Source: Eledone cirrhosa
Taxonomy: Eukaryota
Direction of reading: 5' to 3'
Assembly (NCBI GenBank): GCA_964016885.1
Contig: OZ024759.1
Location: forward strand, 22,010,001-22,074,000
Length of the DNA stretch: 64,000 bases
The notes under the pieces are model-generated. The model worked only from the letters and a program-made list of their open reading frames with translations. It did no database searches and was not told where the DNA came from. This document shows positions 1 to 11,836 of the stretch, in pieces. The position numbers were made by a program, and so were the translations under genes. Each line of letters begins with the position of its first letter. Position 1 is the stretch's first letter.

Positions 1-152
1 TTTTAGCCCTAACTCTCTATATACATATATAAAGAATGATGTGATGATGTGCTCACGCTGTGATGCTATAAGATAATTTATAAAATAGGGAAGACCCCCT
101 AAAGATGATAAATGAAGTAGCCATCTGCTGTTATGAGGAATCGAACCGCTAT

Positions 153-915
153 ATCATCATCATCATCATCAGGTTTAGCGTCCGTGTTCCACGCTTGCAT
201 GGGTTTGGACGGGGGTTTTCCCACTTGAGGCAAGAGTGATTGTCTTGCTGGCATAGGACTGTCTGGCGGGTTTTCTACAGCTGGATGCCCTTCCTAACAC
301 CAACCACATTTACAGTGTGGGGCTGGGAGGTTTTTACTGTGTTGCCTACACGGCCACATTACAGCGTGGACTATCTGGCGGGTTTTCTACAGTTGGATGC
401 CCTTCCTAACACCAACCACATTTACAGTGTGGGGCTGGGAGGTTTTTACCGTGTTGCCTACACGGCCACATTACAGCGTGGACTGTCTGGCGGGTTTTCT
501 ACAGTTGGATGCCCTTCCTAACACCAACCACATTTACAGTGTGGGGCTGGGAGGTTTTTACCGTGTTGCCTACACGGCCACATTTACAGCGTGGACTGTC
601 TGGCAGGTTTTCTACAGCTGGATGCCCTTCCTAACACCAACCACATTTACAGTGTGGGGCTGGGAGGTTTTTACCGTGTTGCCTACACGGCCACATTACA
701 GCGTGGACTGTGTTTTTTTTGTCGTGACACCTACACAATCTCATTTGTTTCGGCCTGGATGTTGTGGGACCAACATAACTTTACATTGAAAGGGGCGGTG
801 TGGAGGTGGTGGAGGTGGTGGGACGGCGGTGTGTTTTGATAGAGATGCCTACTGTCTGTAGTAGGTTTTTACTTTGTATTTAGGTAAGGCGGGTCTTCTC
901 TATTACTGAGTACCG
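153..915 (-). mobile_element. RTE-type retroposon 3' region with (GAT)n tail and four tandem ~112-bp modules
   Basis: Minus strand ends CCCATGCAAGCGTGGAACACGGACG...GATGATGAT. Module GGATGCCCTTCCTAACACCAACC recurs at 283, 395, 507, 620. The same sequence follows an RTE C-terminal ORF at 11083-11836. Confidence 0.75.
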
Positions 916-921
916 CCAAAG

Positions 922-952
<31 letters not shown>

Positions 953-957
<5 letters not shown>

Positions 958-1474
958 AAATAAAGATCCGAAGGCATGGTATAAATTTCCAATCATTTTA
1001 ATCACGACACGTTTCAATAAGAGATAGATTGATCTTGTATCTATGATGGATTATCGCTGATGTCGTCAGGTGAAAATGAATTGTCTTCAAATCCTTGATA
1101 TGAGGGAGAAAATTTAACGATGTTCACTCACTAGAGTTTTGTCCCCCATATCTAGTGAGTGAACAGCGTTAAATTTTCTTCCTCATATCAAGGATTTGAA
1201 GACAATTCATTTTCACCTGACGACATCAGTGATAATCGATCATGGCCACACGATCGATCTATCTCTTATTGAAACATGTGTCATGAATAAAATGATTGGA
1301 ATTTATACCATACCTTTGGATCTTTATTTTGATACAAATACTCTGTTTTATATCATCTAGCTGTTCCCATAAATGGAATTGGAGATATACAAAAGCGTGG
1401 AGAACTTAATATTGCTAACAAAAGTTTATTGGACCGTATGACACAACCAATAATACACCTTACTGCATAACAAC

Positions 1475-1475
<1 letters not shown>
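953..1475. mobile_element. Fold-back PLE-like element with hammerhead-like core in both arms
   Basis: Inverted repeat 953-1334 (loop ~1135-1150) plus a 3' tail, flanked by (TA)n. CTGACGA at 1217-1223(+) and 1063-1069(-), each followed by GAAAC..GTC. Stem I TCAC/GTGA on the minus arm. Confidence 0.65.
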
Positions 1476-1509
<34 letters not shown>

Positions 1510-1604
1510 ACCCTTATATTGTGTGTTTCATTTCATAAATTCTCTGTACATATCATTCTATGAAGAATGTACAATGTGCAGCGTGATAAAATTACAATTG
1601 AATG

Positions 1605-1925
1605 GAGGGAGGGTAGTGGACTGACAGTGAAGGGCAAGTTGGTTGAGAGTGAAACATGGATGGGAGGGTCATGGGACTGACAGTGAAGCATGGACTGGGA
1701 GGGAGGGTCATGGACTAACAGTGAAGGACAAGCTGGTTGAGAGTGAAACATGGACTGGGAGGGAGGGTCATGGACTGACAGTGAAGGGCAAGCTGGTTGA
1801 GAGTGAAGCATGGACTGAGAAGGAGGGTCATAGACTGACAGTGAAGGGCAAGCTGATTGAGAGTGAAACATGGACTGGGAGGGAGGGTAGTGGACTGGCA
1901 GTAAAGGGCAAGCTGGTTGAAACAA
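1605..1925. repeat. 60-bp minisatellite, ~5 copies
   Basis: Unit GGAGGGAGGGTCATGGACTGACAGTGAAGGGCAAGCTGGTTGAGAGTGAAACATGGACTG repeats with 60-nt period. Confidence 0.9.
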
Positions 1926-2226
1926 CAACAACAGCAGCAGCAGCAACAATAATTACAAGAGAAAGAGAAATATAGATACAGACAGGGATGGAAGGCGTGT
2001 AGTGGACTAACGGTGAAGGACAAGCTTGCTGAGTGCGAAGCTGAACAGCTATAACTATGTCATACAACAAACAATAATAACATCAACAACCACAACTACA
2101 GTAGCAACAGCAATACAAAAATAGAAACCTGCTGACGCTTGGTGAAGGTTAGGAGAGATGGGGAGGGTGATGATGATGAAGGTGGTGGTGGAGACGATAA
2201 GTTAGGTAGTAAGTTCGAATCGTTGC

Positions 2227-2502
2227 CAAGATATATACCTACGTAAGAAAGATGGTGGCTCTGTTGTTGTTATTAAAGATATATTTCTTTATTTTTTAGA
2301 TAGATATATTTCTTTGTTGTTATTAAAGATATATACCTACGTAAGAAAGAAGGTGAGGTTGTTGTTGTTCCAAGATATATACCTACGTAAGAAAGATGGT
2401 GGCGTTGTTGTTGTTGTTTCAAGACATATACCTACGTAAGAAAGATGGTGGCGTTGTTGTTGTTGTTGTTTCAAGACATATACCTACGTAAGAAAGATGG
2501 TG
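2227..2502 (+). repeat. ~45-52-bp tandem repeat (CAAGAYATATACCTACGTAAGAAAGATGGTGGC + (GTT)n), 5 copies
   Basis: Directly visible; most units contain AAAGATGG (ATG) and all contain C|GTAAG. Confidence 0.85.
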
Positions 2503-2552
2503 CTGCTGCTGATGTTGTTATTACCTGCTGCGCAGAAGTTCCTAATACAGAG

Positions 2553-2657
2553 ATGGTGACGTCTTTGATGGGCAAAACAGAGCAGGGGCTCCTGGATGGG
2601 GGGGGGTGTATTGTGAGTTCCAGGTCCAGGTTCGATCTTATCGAAGTCAGTAGAAAG
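2553..2657 (+). CDS. Candidate hexokinase first coding exon (MVTSLMGK...EVSRK; in-frame upstream ATG at 2445)
   Basis: Ends AAG|GTATAT in phase 0, matching the phase-0 acceptor at 18946. The junction SRK|IESL resembles vertebrate HK1 VKK|IDKY. Implies a 16.3-kb first intron; inferred. Confidence 0.45.
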
Positions 2658-2688
<31 letters not shown>

Positions 2689-2921
2689 AGTAGGAATGGA
2701 AACAGCACGGAATAGGACCTGTGTATATACATATGTGTGTGTGAATAGGTATGCCAACCTCTAAAAACCCAAACGGGGTGTACCGTGAAGAAAAGTTCCC
2801 CGCAACGGGGAGAAATGAGGCAAAATGGGGAGGGTTGACAGGTCTGATATATATATATATATATATATATACATACAATTATATTAAATAAATGGAAACT
2901 ACATCTATAAAACCATATTTA

Positions 2922-2980
2922 TTTTATTATATATATTTCAAGGGTACCAAGACACATTGATACGCTTTCATCAGATAAAA
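2922..2980 (-). ncRNA. Minimal type I hammerhead ribozyme motif
   Basis: TTTTAT CTGATGA AAGCGTATCAA-tgtgtc-TTGGTACCCTT GAA ATATATAT A ATAAAA: 6-bp stem I, stem II, palindromic stem III. Confidence 0.75.
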
Positions 2981-3001
2981 TACAAAGTTTAAAACTTTGT
3001 A

Positions 3002-3060
3002 TTTTATCTGAAGAAAGCGTACCAATGTGTCTTGGTACCCTTGAAATATATATTATAAAA
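3002..3060 (+). ncRNA. Minimal type I hammerhead ribozyme motif
   Basis: TTTTAT CTGAAGA AAGcGTACCAA-tgtgtc-TTGGTACcCTT GAA ATATATAT T ATAAAA. Confidence 0.75.
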
Positions 3061-3978
3061 TAAATATGGTTTTATAAATATAGTTTCCATTTATTTAATA
3101 TCATTGTATATTTACTCCAGTAAACTGTTGAGTGCTCTAAATCAGTTATAAACATTTATATTTGTTGGACTTACAAACAAATTATATACTCCTTCTACTT
3201 ATATATATATTCATATATATATATTATATATATAGAGAGAGAGATCTGTGTGTAATAATAAAATAATAATAATAAATATATGTGTAATAATATATATAAT
3301 GCATATAGATCTGTGTGTGTGTGTGTGTGTGATACTAATATAAATAAATATAAATATGCGTGTGTGTGTTTACAATGTTAAATATTTTTATACACAAAGG
3401 AACCTAATTGTTTAGACAACAGTAGATGTGTGTAGGTGTGTATATGTATATATCTATCTGTAAGTATATATACATCTATATGTGTGTATATATATCTATC
3501 TGTATGTATATATACATCTATATGTGTATATATATATATCTGTGTGTATATATGTATCTATGCGATTCTTTGCTTAAACTTTAATCTGTTATTTTAATAA
3601 ATATATAAATATATATATATATCTGTGTGTATATATATGTATCTGTATGTATATATGTATATATATATATATATCTGTGTGTGTGTATATATGTATCTGT
3701 ATGTATCTATCTGTGTGTATATATCTATCTGTATGTATATCTATCTATCTGTGTGTATATACTGTATATGTATCTGTATGTATATATCTAGCTGTGTGTA
3801 TATTTCTATCTGTATGTATATATATATGTATCTGTGTGTATATATATGTATTTGTATGTATATATCTATCTGTGTGTATATATATATATATATATGTATC
3901 TGTATGTATATATATATCTATCTGTGTGTATATATATATATATATATATATGTATCTGTATGTATATATATATCTATT

Positions 3979-4015
<37 letters not shown>

Positions 4016-4449
4016 CTGTATGTATATATCTATCTACCTGTATGTATGTATATATATATATATATATATACACGTGTGTGTGTGTGCTGTGGGAAGTGTG
4101 GAGGTAACGTGTGTATAGAAGGTTGTTGTGATTAAGTTTGTTTACATTTTCACACATTCTACTATTAATATTTCAGGTTCTACCCCTACCTCTCCCCCAC
4201 ACACTCACACACTCTCTGACACACACACACTCTCATACATACGCTCTCTCTCTCTCTTTCTCACATACACACACACACTCTTTCTCTCTCACACATACTC
4301 TTTCTCTCTCACACACACTCTCTCTTCTCTATATTACACACATACCTTTATTAACTGCTTTCTATTTATTACATTATGTATATATGTGTGTCTGTATATA
4401 AGTTTGTATATATATGTTTGAGTATGTATGTATATATATATATATATAT

Positions 4450-4796
4450 AATATAATAATAATAATAATGAAATTATTGTGTACATTGCTCAGGTGCACT
4501 ACAACTCGTCAAAGGTGTATGTATAGTACATAGAATAATACACAAATGTCAGGGAAGTGAATAGTGTATGAGTCATGGTATACATGTGTGTATGTGTATG
4601 GAAGGGGAACATTAGCTGTAGTGTTGGCGGATCTCGGGAAGCATGGAGGCCTTAAAGGATACAGTGTCTCGACAGCTAACAACCGATGCAGGTAGTCTGT
4701 TCCATGCTTCAGCAACTCTGAGCGTGAAAAAATGTTTCCGAAAGTCATGGGAACTGTACTGTTTTCTGACTTTGTGGGCATGCCCACGTGTGTTAG

Positions 4797-4798
<2 letters not shown>
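4450..4798 (-). mobile_element. CR1-clade LINE 3' fragment
   Basis: TRGHAHKVRK...RKHFFTLRVAEAWNRLPASVV...FK matches the CR1 ORF2 C-terminal signature; followed by a 3' UTR and (ATT)n tail. Confidence 0.75.
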
Positions 4799-4831
<33 letters not shown>

Positions 4832-5054
4832 TAGAAGTTGTATTTAATTTGTTGGAAGTCCGACAAAGATAAATGTTTATAACTGATTTAGAGCACTCAA
4901 CAGTTTACTGGAGTAAATATTCAATGATATTAAATGATATAATATATATATATAAATGTTGATTCTTATGCTTACTTCTTCCTATATTATGTATCCTCCT
5001 AATGTTCTTATGACAAACTTTTGATATTATATTTGTGTTTTAACCTTTATTATA

Positions 5055-5101
5055 TACTCTGATGAAATCGGCCTTGTGCTAGGATGAAACAATCGTAAGT
5101 G
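5055..5101 (+). ncRNA. Minimal type I hammerhead motif
   Basis: TACT CTGATGA aATC..GAT GAA ACAATCGT A AGTG; near-palindromic stem III. Confidence 0.6.
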
Positions 5102-5138
5102 ATTAGATGTTTTAAACACTGTTTGATTGTTATTTATA

Positions 5139-5176
<38 letters not shown>

Positions 5177-6675
5177 GAAGTGTATTCCATTAAAAGATGC
5201 AAAAAGACTACAACTAATGTAAAGTACTTCTACCCCCACTGCTAAGTAGGTCATCTGAGCAACAGAAGCTATCAACTACTTCTAGGGAGCCTTCAGAGAA
5301 TTTTATGGAATATATTTCATGTGTACTCTTACAGCTACCTACTTCTGTGTATCTGCCTTATATGAAGTCTACCTTCTCTGGTAGCCTGTCTGTGAACCAA
5401 CTCACTACATTGTTGGTGGGTGTGTACAATTGAGGACACCCTATAGAATTCCTCCTTACTCCTTTTCTACACATCTAGCATTGATACAGACATACTCACA
5501 CGTTTGTGCGTGTGTGTACATAGATATAGATATACAAGCACACTCACAGAGAAACTTGTGTGTTCATAGATACATTGTGTGTGTGCTTGCATATATATTG
5601 ATCATCCAACATATAGCTGTGCATATGTGTAGTTACATGTTTATGTAAATGTACACAAAAGAAAGATAATCACACACACGCGTGTATATGTGTGTATATA
5701 TATATGTATACACACACACATTTAATAGTAATATTAATGAGAGTAGATTTTACTCATTTGCTAGGTAAATTTTACTCATTTACATAGATTTGATATTATG
5801 TGAGATAATTATGTGAATAGAGTGTTTGCCCTGAAAATACAATAGTAAAGTAATGTAAAGGCTAAATGGTTAATGCTATAAAATTTCAAGCCCTCCGCTA
5901 TATCAAATCCACTACAACAATGATACTGTGGATCAGGTGGAACTGAAATCCCGGAATCCAAATCAGTGCAGGACCTGGGAATTTATGTAAACAATGATGC
6001 ATTGTTTTAAATGCATATCACCAAGATGGCAGCAATGTGCAGAGGACTGGCAAGAAGAATTCTGAGGCTATTCAAGACAAGAGACTGGGAAACCATGTTA
6101 GACCTCTGAAGGACATTTGTCCTCAACTGCCTTGACTATTGCTCCCATCTCTGGTCACCATACAGTACCAAACTGAATGTGGAACTTAAAGCAATCCTAC
6201 AAAGATACACCAAGAATATTGCCTCGGTGAAAGATATATATATATATATAAATATACATACATATATATGTGTGTGTAAAGTAGTGCTATGGGTGCCATG
6301 ATAAAAAGTACCAAGTTCACTTTGTAGGGTTGTAGTGGTGTTTCCACAAGAAAAGCTCCCAGTATATGCTGCAATGTGGTTGACATTGGGAAGGGTATCC
6401 ATCCGTAGAAACGAAGCCCCAAAGCAATTCTGTATAAGCTAACCGACCTAGCCAGACGCACAATATGACAACACAGCTAGCCCATGCAGGCATTAAAGAT
6501 GGCCGTTAAATTTAGATGCTATATATGTTAAGGGCTAAAACACTGGCATAACAGGTGTCTCTTCTCAGAAGTCCTATCCAGCTCTCCCGAGAATTCCTTA
6601 CTACTGTGTATGAGCAGAAGAGGAAACTCCAGAGTAACAAGACTCACTATTTAACCTTTAAAAATAAATATATAT

Positions 6676-6942
6676 ATCTTCTTCTTCTTCGACCACTTAT
6701 TCCTGAGAGGGTCATGGGGGAAGAGTCCTCAAACACTCCTTCCAGTGGGTCCTGTCAGAAGCAACCATCTCCAACTGATCTGGCTGGATTCATAAGTGTG
6801 AGCAGCCAAGCTCATGGATCTTATCTAATCATCTTGCTCAGTTGGTTTTGCAAGTAAAATCTGTCCAGCGATTCTTTCCCGAGACATTCTAACCACATGC
6901 CAGTAATATGAGAGCTGTGATCTCTCAATTTGCAGAAGTAGC

Positions 6943-6945
<3 letters not shown>
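6676..6945 (-). mobile_element. Degenerate RTE-like LINE 3' fragment with (GAA)n tail (related: 12490-12820, 53605-54290)
   Basis: IERSQLSYYWHVVRMSRERI resembles the LRWFGHV.RM motif; three related copies in the window. Confidence 0.55.
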
Positions 6946-7012
<67 letters not shown>

Positions 7013-7169
7013 TAATGATAATAAATACAAAGACCAAAATCCAAAGAGAGCTCGATAACGATTGTATATATATATATAAACCCCATAGAGCAATTATTTA
7101 TTATTAGTACAGATTAAAATTTAAGCAAGGAATTTCTGCTTTCACCCGAAACTTTAATCTCTACTAATA

Positions 7170-7204
<35 letters not shown>

Positions 7205-8813
7205 TTGTATGTAATATGTGTATATATATATATATATTCACACACACACACACACATATATACACACATATATATATATATATAACATCATACATACATC
7301 ATGTGTGACGCCTCAATTTTGACAGGATCTCTTCACCACCACCACATATCAGTAGACCAAACTGTGACCTTGTATTTTACTGTTTATAAGATCTAGGCTG
7401 ATATTTTGTGACAGTTTTAAATATTTTTGGGGAAAAAATATACAAAAGTGGTGCAAAACGGCCCCATTATACACTATGTCTGTCTGTGTGTGTGTTTGTA
7501 TTTGTATCTGTGTGCGTCTGTATTTGTATCTGTCTGAATTTGGATCTGTCTGTGTATGTATATGCGTGTGTCTGTATTTGTATCTGTCTATGTATGTATA
7601 TGTGTGTATTTGTATCTGTCTGTGTGTATATATATATGTGTGTGTGTGTCTGTATTTGTATGTCTGTATATGTGTGTGTGTCTGTATTTGTATCTTTTTG
7701 TGTATGTATATATGAATATGTGTGTGTGTGTGTATAATTGTGTTCGAATTAAGGGAGGTCAGTCAGCGGTGATGTTGTTTACGAAAGTCTCAGAACACGT
7801 TTCACTTCACTCACGTTGCAAATGTCTGTCTGTCTGCAGTCTGTCTGTCTCTGTGTGTCTGTCTATATGTTTGTCTATCTGACTGTGTGTATGTGCCTAT
7901 ATATATTTGTCTATCTGACTTTGTGTGTATGTGTCTATATGTTTATGTATGTTTGTATATCTGATTCTGTTTCTGTATTTGTGTCTCTGTGTGTGTGTGT
8001 ATGTTTGTATATCTGACTGTCTGTATTTGTGTGTGTGTGTGTATGTTTGTATATCTGATTCTGTGTCTGTATGTATGTGTGTGTGTGTGTATCTGACTGT
8101 CTGTATGTATTTGTGTGTGTATATATGTTTGTATATCTGACTGTCTGCCTATCTGTCATATGTGGAGAAGAACTTTTCTATGTAATGGATCTCTACTACG
8201 GACTGTGACACACACACACACAGACAGATTGGCAGGCACACACAAACATACGCACAGATACACACAAAGGCACACACATACATACCCACGCTCACAGATG
8301 TAGAGATGTGCGGACTGACACAGATACACACACTCACGCAGCTGCCATCTTTCGCGCTTGTTGCTTTCACTCACATTGACACACCTCCGTCGACACATCC
8401 ACGCCCCCAACTAAACGACAACTAGGTTACTTAACAACGTAAGTTAAGTAATTGCCTTGTCGGAGCTCGTCAAATCGGACCGAGGAAACAATGTTTCCAT
8501 TGGTCTTACCAATTGCCAATGCTATCTACTGGTCGCAAATCCAGGCAGAAGGAGCAAAATGAAATAAATTGTCTTGTTCGAGGACATAACGCATTGTCCG
8601 TTACGGGAATCGAACTCACAGCCTCTCCATTGTGAATCCCTATGTAAAGTGGTCGTGTAGGAGACACTGCAAAAAGCACCCAGCACACACTGTCAATGTG
8701 GTTGGCGTCAGGAAGGGTATCCAGTCCTATACGAGTGAGACACGGTCACCCAACCAAACTTGCCTCAAATAGGACAAACCCGTGTAACCTATAGTACCGT
8801 GGAAGATAGACGT

Positions 8814-8842
<29 letters not shown>

Positions 8843-8844
<2 letters not shown>

Positions 8845-9060
8845 AAAATAATAAATTTGAAGACTAAAATCCAAAGAGGGCTCGATAAGGATAAATATAT
8901 ATCAAATATATAAGAACCGTAGAGCAAATATTTATTAAAATAACAGATTAAAATTTAAGCAAAGAATTGCTGCTTTCACCCTTAACGGGATCTTCAGAAG
9001 ATCCCGTTAAGGGTGAAAGCAGCGATTCTTTGCTTAAACTTTAATCTGTTATTTTAATAA
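8843..9060. mobile_element. Fold-back element, family B (AGCAAAGAATCGCTGCTTTCACCC)
   Basis: IR centred ~8995. Copies at 3562-3600, 7015-7170, 21076-21410, 25540-25690, 28165-28225, 45220-45340, all abutting (TA)n. Confidence 0.65.
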
Positions 9061-9718
9061 ATATATATATATAGTGATAGAACAGTGGGAGGTTATATCC
9101 ATAGTAAGTAGAGCACTCAGTCCATAGGAAGAGTTCGGTATAAAGTTAGTTCCACAACAAATTAACAAACCATCTGACGCCATGCTTTCCAGCATAGTTA
9201 CGTCCCTTTACGATCTGAGTTCAAATCCCGCCGAGGTTGACTTTGCCTTTCATCCTTACGGGGTCTATAAAATAAAGTACCAGTAATGCACTGGTTAATT
9301 GCTGGCCTTGTGCCTAAAGTAGAAACAATTATATATATATATATGTATGTGTGTAATGGTATGGTATATTTGAAGGAGGGTGTAATAAAATAAACATAGG
9401 TGGAATGCCTTTGATCATAGGTCTGCTCAACCATGTCTTACCTAGGGCTAAACAACAGCCACATTATCATCACCATCATCCCCACAATCATCACTGCCAC
9501 TATCAGCATCACTACCATCACCATCATCATCACCACCACTACCATCATCAGCATCACCACCCTCAACTTCACCACCACTATCATCATCAGCATCATCAGC
9601 TGAAATCTCACAACAGATGCTGGAGGTGTCACATTATACCTCAGTCGGGTGTGGTCTTAACCAACCAACCAGCATCAGCTGTGTGGTACTACCTCCTGCT
9701 CTTATAAATGTATGTTAC

Positions 9719-9762
<44 letters not shown>

Positions 9763-9769
<7 letters not shown>

Positions 9770-10300
9770 AATAACAGGAGGCTGGATTAGTGTAAATCCT
9801 TGAAAGGTTTATTATACTATGATCATTTCAATGACCAGGTTCAGTATAAATCCGGTGACCTCATCAGGTATTCAAAATATAACAAAGGGATATAACAGAT
9901 AAAATCTATGGGGCTGAAAATCAGAGACAAGAGGACGACCGACTATTTAGCAGCTTCTACCTCCGTCGGCCGCCCTCACTAAATAGTCGGTCGTTCTCTT
10001 GTCTCTGATTTTCAGCCCCATGGATTTTATCTGTTATATTCCTTTGTTATCTTTTGAATGATGTCACCAGATTCATACTGAACCCGGTCATTGAAATGAT
10101 CATAGTATAATAAACCTTTCAAGGATTTACACCAGTCCAGCCTCCTGTTATTTTATAATAATTAACTCCGTACTCGCACCACCAACTACACAAACGAAGA
10201 TGGGTGAGTTGCATTATGTTGAGTGCTCTCCATAATATTACATCGAGGCTGACCATACGGAATGACCAGTTCTATCCAGTGGTGAACCAACAAACCTAAA
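9763..10300. mobile_element. Fold-back PLE-like element, family C
   Basis: IR 9763-10159 plus tail with GAGTGCTC 10221-10228; TA flanks. Confidence 0.7.
9814..9871 (-). ncRNA. Minimal type I hammerhead motif
   Basis: ATAC CTGATGA ggtcacc...ggtcatt GAA ATGATCAT A GTAT. The + arm has lost part of the core by deletion. Confidence 0.65.
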
Positions 10301-11082
10301 TAAATATATATATATTTATATATCTTGTCTTTAATGCATAGAAATATCTGAATCCCTCAGCAGACAACTAATGAGGAAAACTTCTCCCGTTCTTGCTTTC
10401 TTCTTATTTTTAGGCATATATATGTGTGTGTGTGTGTGAGTCCCACGTTCACTCGAGGGTAACCACACTAAGGTACATTAGAAGAGTATATACAACAAAA
10501 TTTGATATAGAAATGGCTACTACATGACTAGAACTGTTTCCTTTCACTGAAACAGTTCTTGTCCTGTAGAAGCGATTTCTATATTAAATTTTGTTATATA
10601 TATGTAGCATATGTGATTCTGTGAATTACTAGTTTTGGTACCAACACGAGCACTCAATGCTCAGGTAGAGTGTATATGTTAAGAAAAAAGAAGTTTCGTT
10701 TACATGTGTTTAGTTTTTTTATTGTGTATCAACCTGTTCCGCATGTTTCACAGAGGATTGGCTCAAGGTCACCCTATAGAAGTTATGAACACAACTACAT
10801 TACCGACCTGCTCTTCAGACTGGGGGTGCAACAAAAAATATAGTATTTATTGTGATTTGTGAGAAGATGGGTATATATATGCATCGGCCCTATTTTTTTG
10901 TCTATTTGGGCCTATGTAGGTGTTTGAGTTCATTGAGAGGGAGGGTGGGGGTAAATAAAATGGTTGGTGAGAGGAAAGGCATCTTGCCATAGGGTCAGGA
11001 GAACACTTCAGCTGTGGTATAGACATGACAACTTCCCTATTGTTGGTGAGTGATTTAATGTTGTTTACTCGAGAGAAGGCTA

Positions 11083-11836
11083 CGTCAGATGTTGTTTACT
11101 CGAGAGAAGGCTACGTTGGTACGGTCACGTGATGCGCATGAAAGACGACAGCTGTATAACAAAGTGCAGGGCAATAAAGATAGACGGTAGCCACGGAGTA
11201 GGCAGACCCAGAAAAACATGGGACGAGCTGATAAATTCCGACCTCACACGCTTACACCTCTCCAAGACAATGTCACTGGACCGAGAGCTTTGGCGGTACT
11301 CAGTAATAGAGAAGACCCGCCTTACCTAAATACAAAGTAAAAACCTACTACAGTCAGTAGGCATCTCTATCAAAACACCCCCCCCGTCCCACCACCTCCA
11401 CCCCATCCACACCGCCCCTTTCAATGTACAGTTATGTTGGTCCCACAACATCCAGGCCGAAACAAATGAGATCGTGTAGGTGTCACGACAAAAAACACAC
11501 AGTCCACGCTGTAAATGTGGCCGTGTAGGCAACACGGTAAAAACCTCCCAGCCCCACACTGTAAATGTGGTTGGTGTTAGGAAGGGCATCCAGCTGTAGA
11601 AAACCTGCCAGACAGTCCACGCTGTAATGTGGCCGTGTAGGCAACACGGTAAAAACCTCCCAGCCCCACACTGTAAATGTGGTTGGTGTTAGGAAGGGCA
11701 TCCAGCTGTAGAAAACCTGCCAGACAGTCCTATGCGAGCAAGACAATCACTCTTGCCCCAAGTGGGAAAACCCCCGTCCAAACCCATGCAAGCGTGGAAC
11801 ACGGACGTTAAACGATGATGATGATGATGATGATGA
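11083..11836 (+). mobile_element. RTE LINE 3' fragment (ORF C-terminus, 3' UTR with two 112-bp modules, (GAT)n tail)
   Basis: RRLRWYGHVMRM...GRPRKTW...DRELWR; near-identical relative at 35100-35838. Confidence 0.85.

Larger units (their letters stand above)
2870..3200. mobile_element. Fold-back PLE-like element, family A
   Basis: Near-perfect IR centred ~2990, tail with GAGTGCTC 3130-3137, flanked by (TA)n. Related pieces at 4830-4935, 46190-46440, 47403-47535, 57450-57710, 58470-58890. Confidence 0.7.

Noticed and set aside
240-839. Recurring ORFs MPFLTPTTFTVWGWEVF...
   Set aside because: Antisense translation of the retroposon 112-bp module, found wherever the repeat occurs.
1533-2070. 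ORFs of 100-138 aa over the 60-bp repeat
   Set aside because: Open frames arise from the stop-poor minisatellite unit; no homology or splice support.
3625-4157. Long ORFs rich in YI/CV/HT repeats (also ~13850-14400, 43280-43940, 62900-63990 and many more)
   Set aside because: Translations of (TA)n/(TG)n/(GA)n microsatellites; no coding signal.
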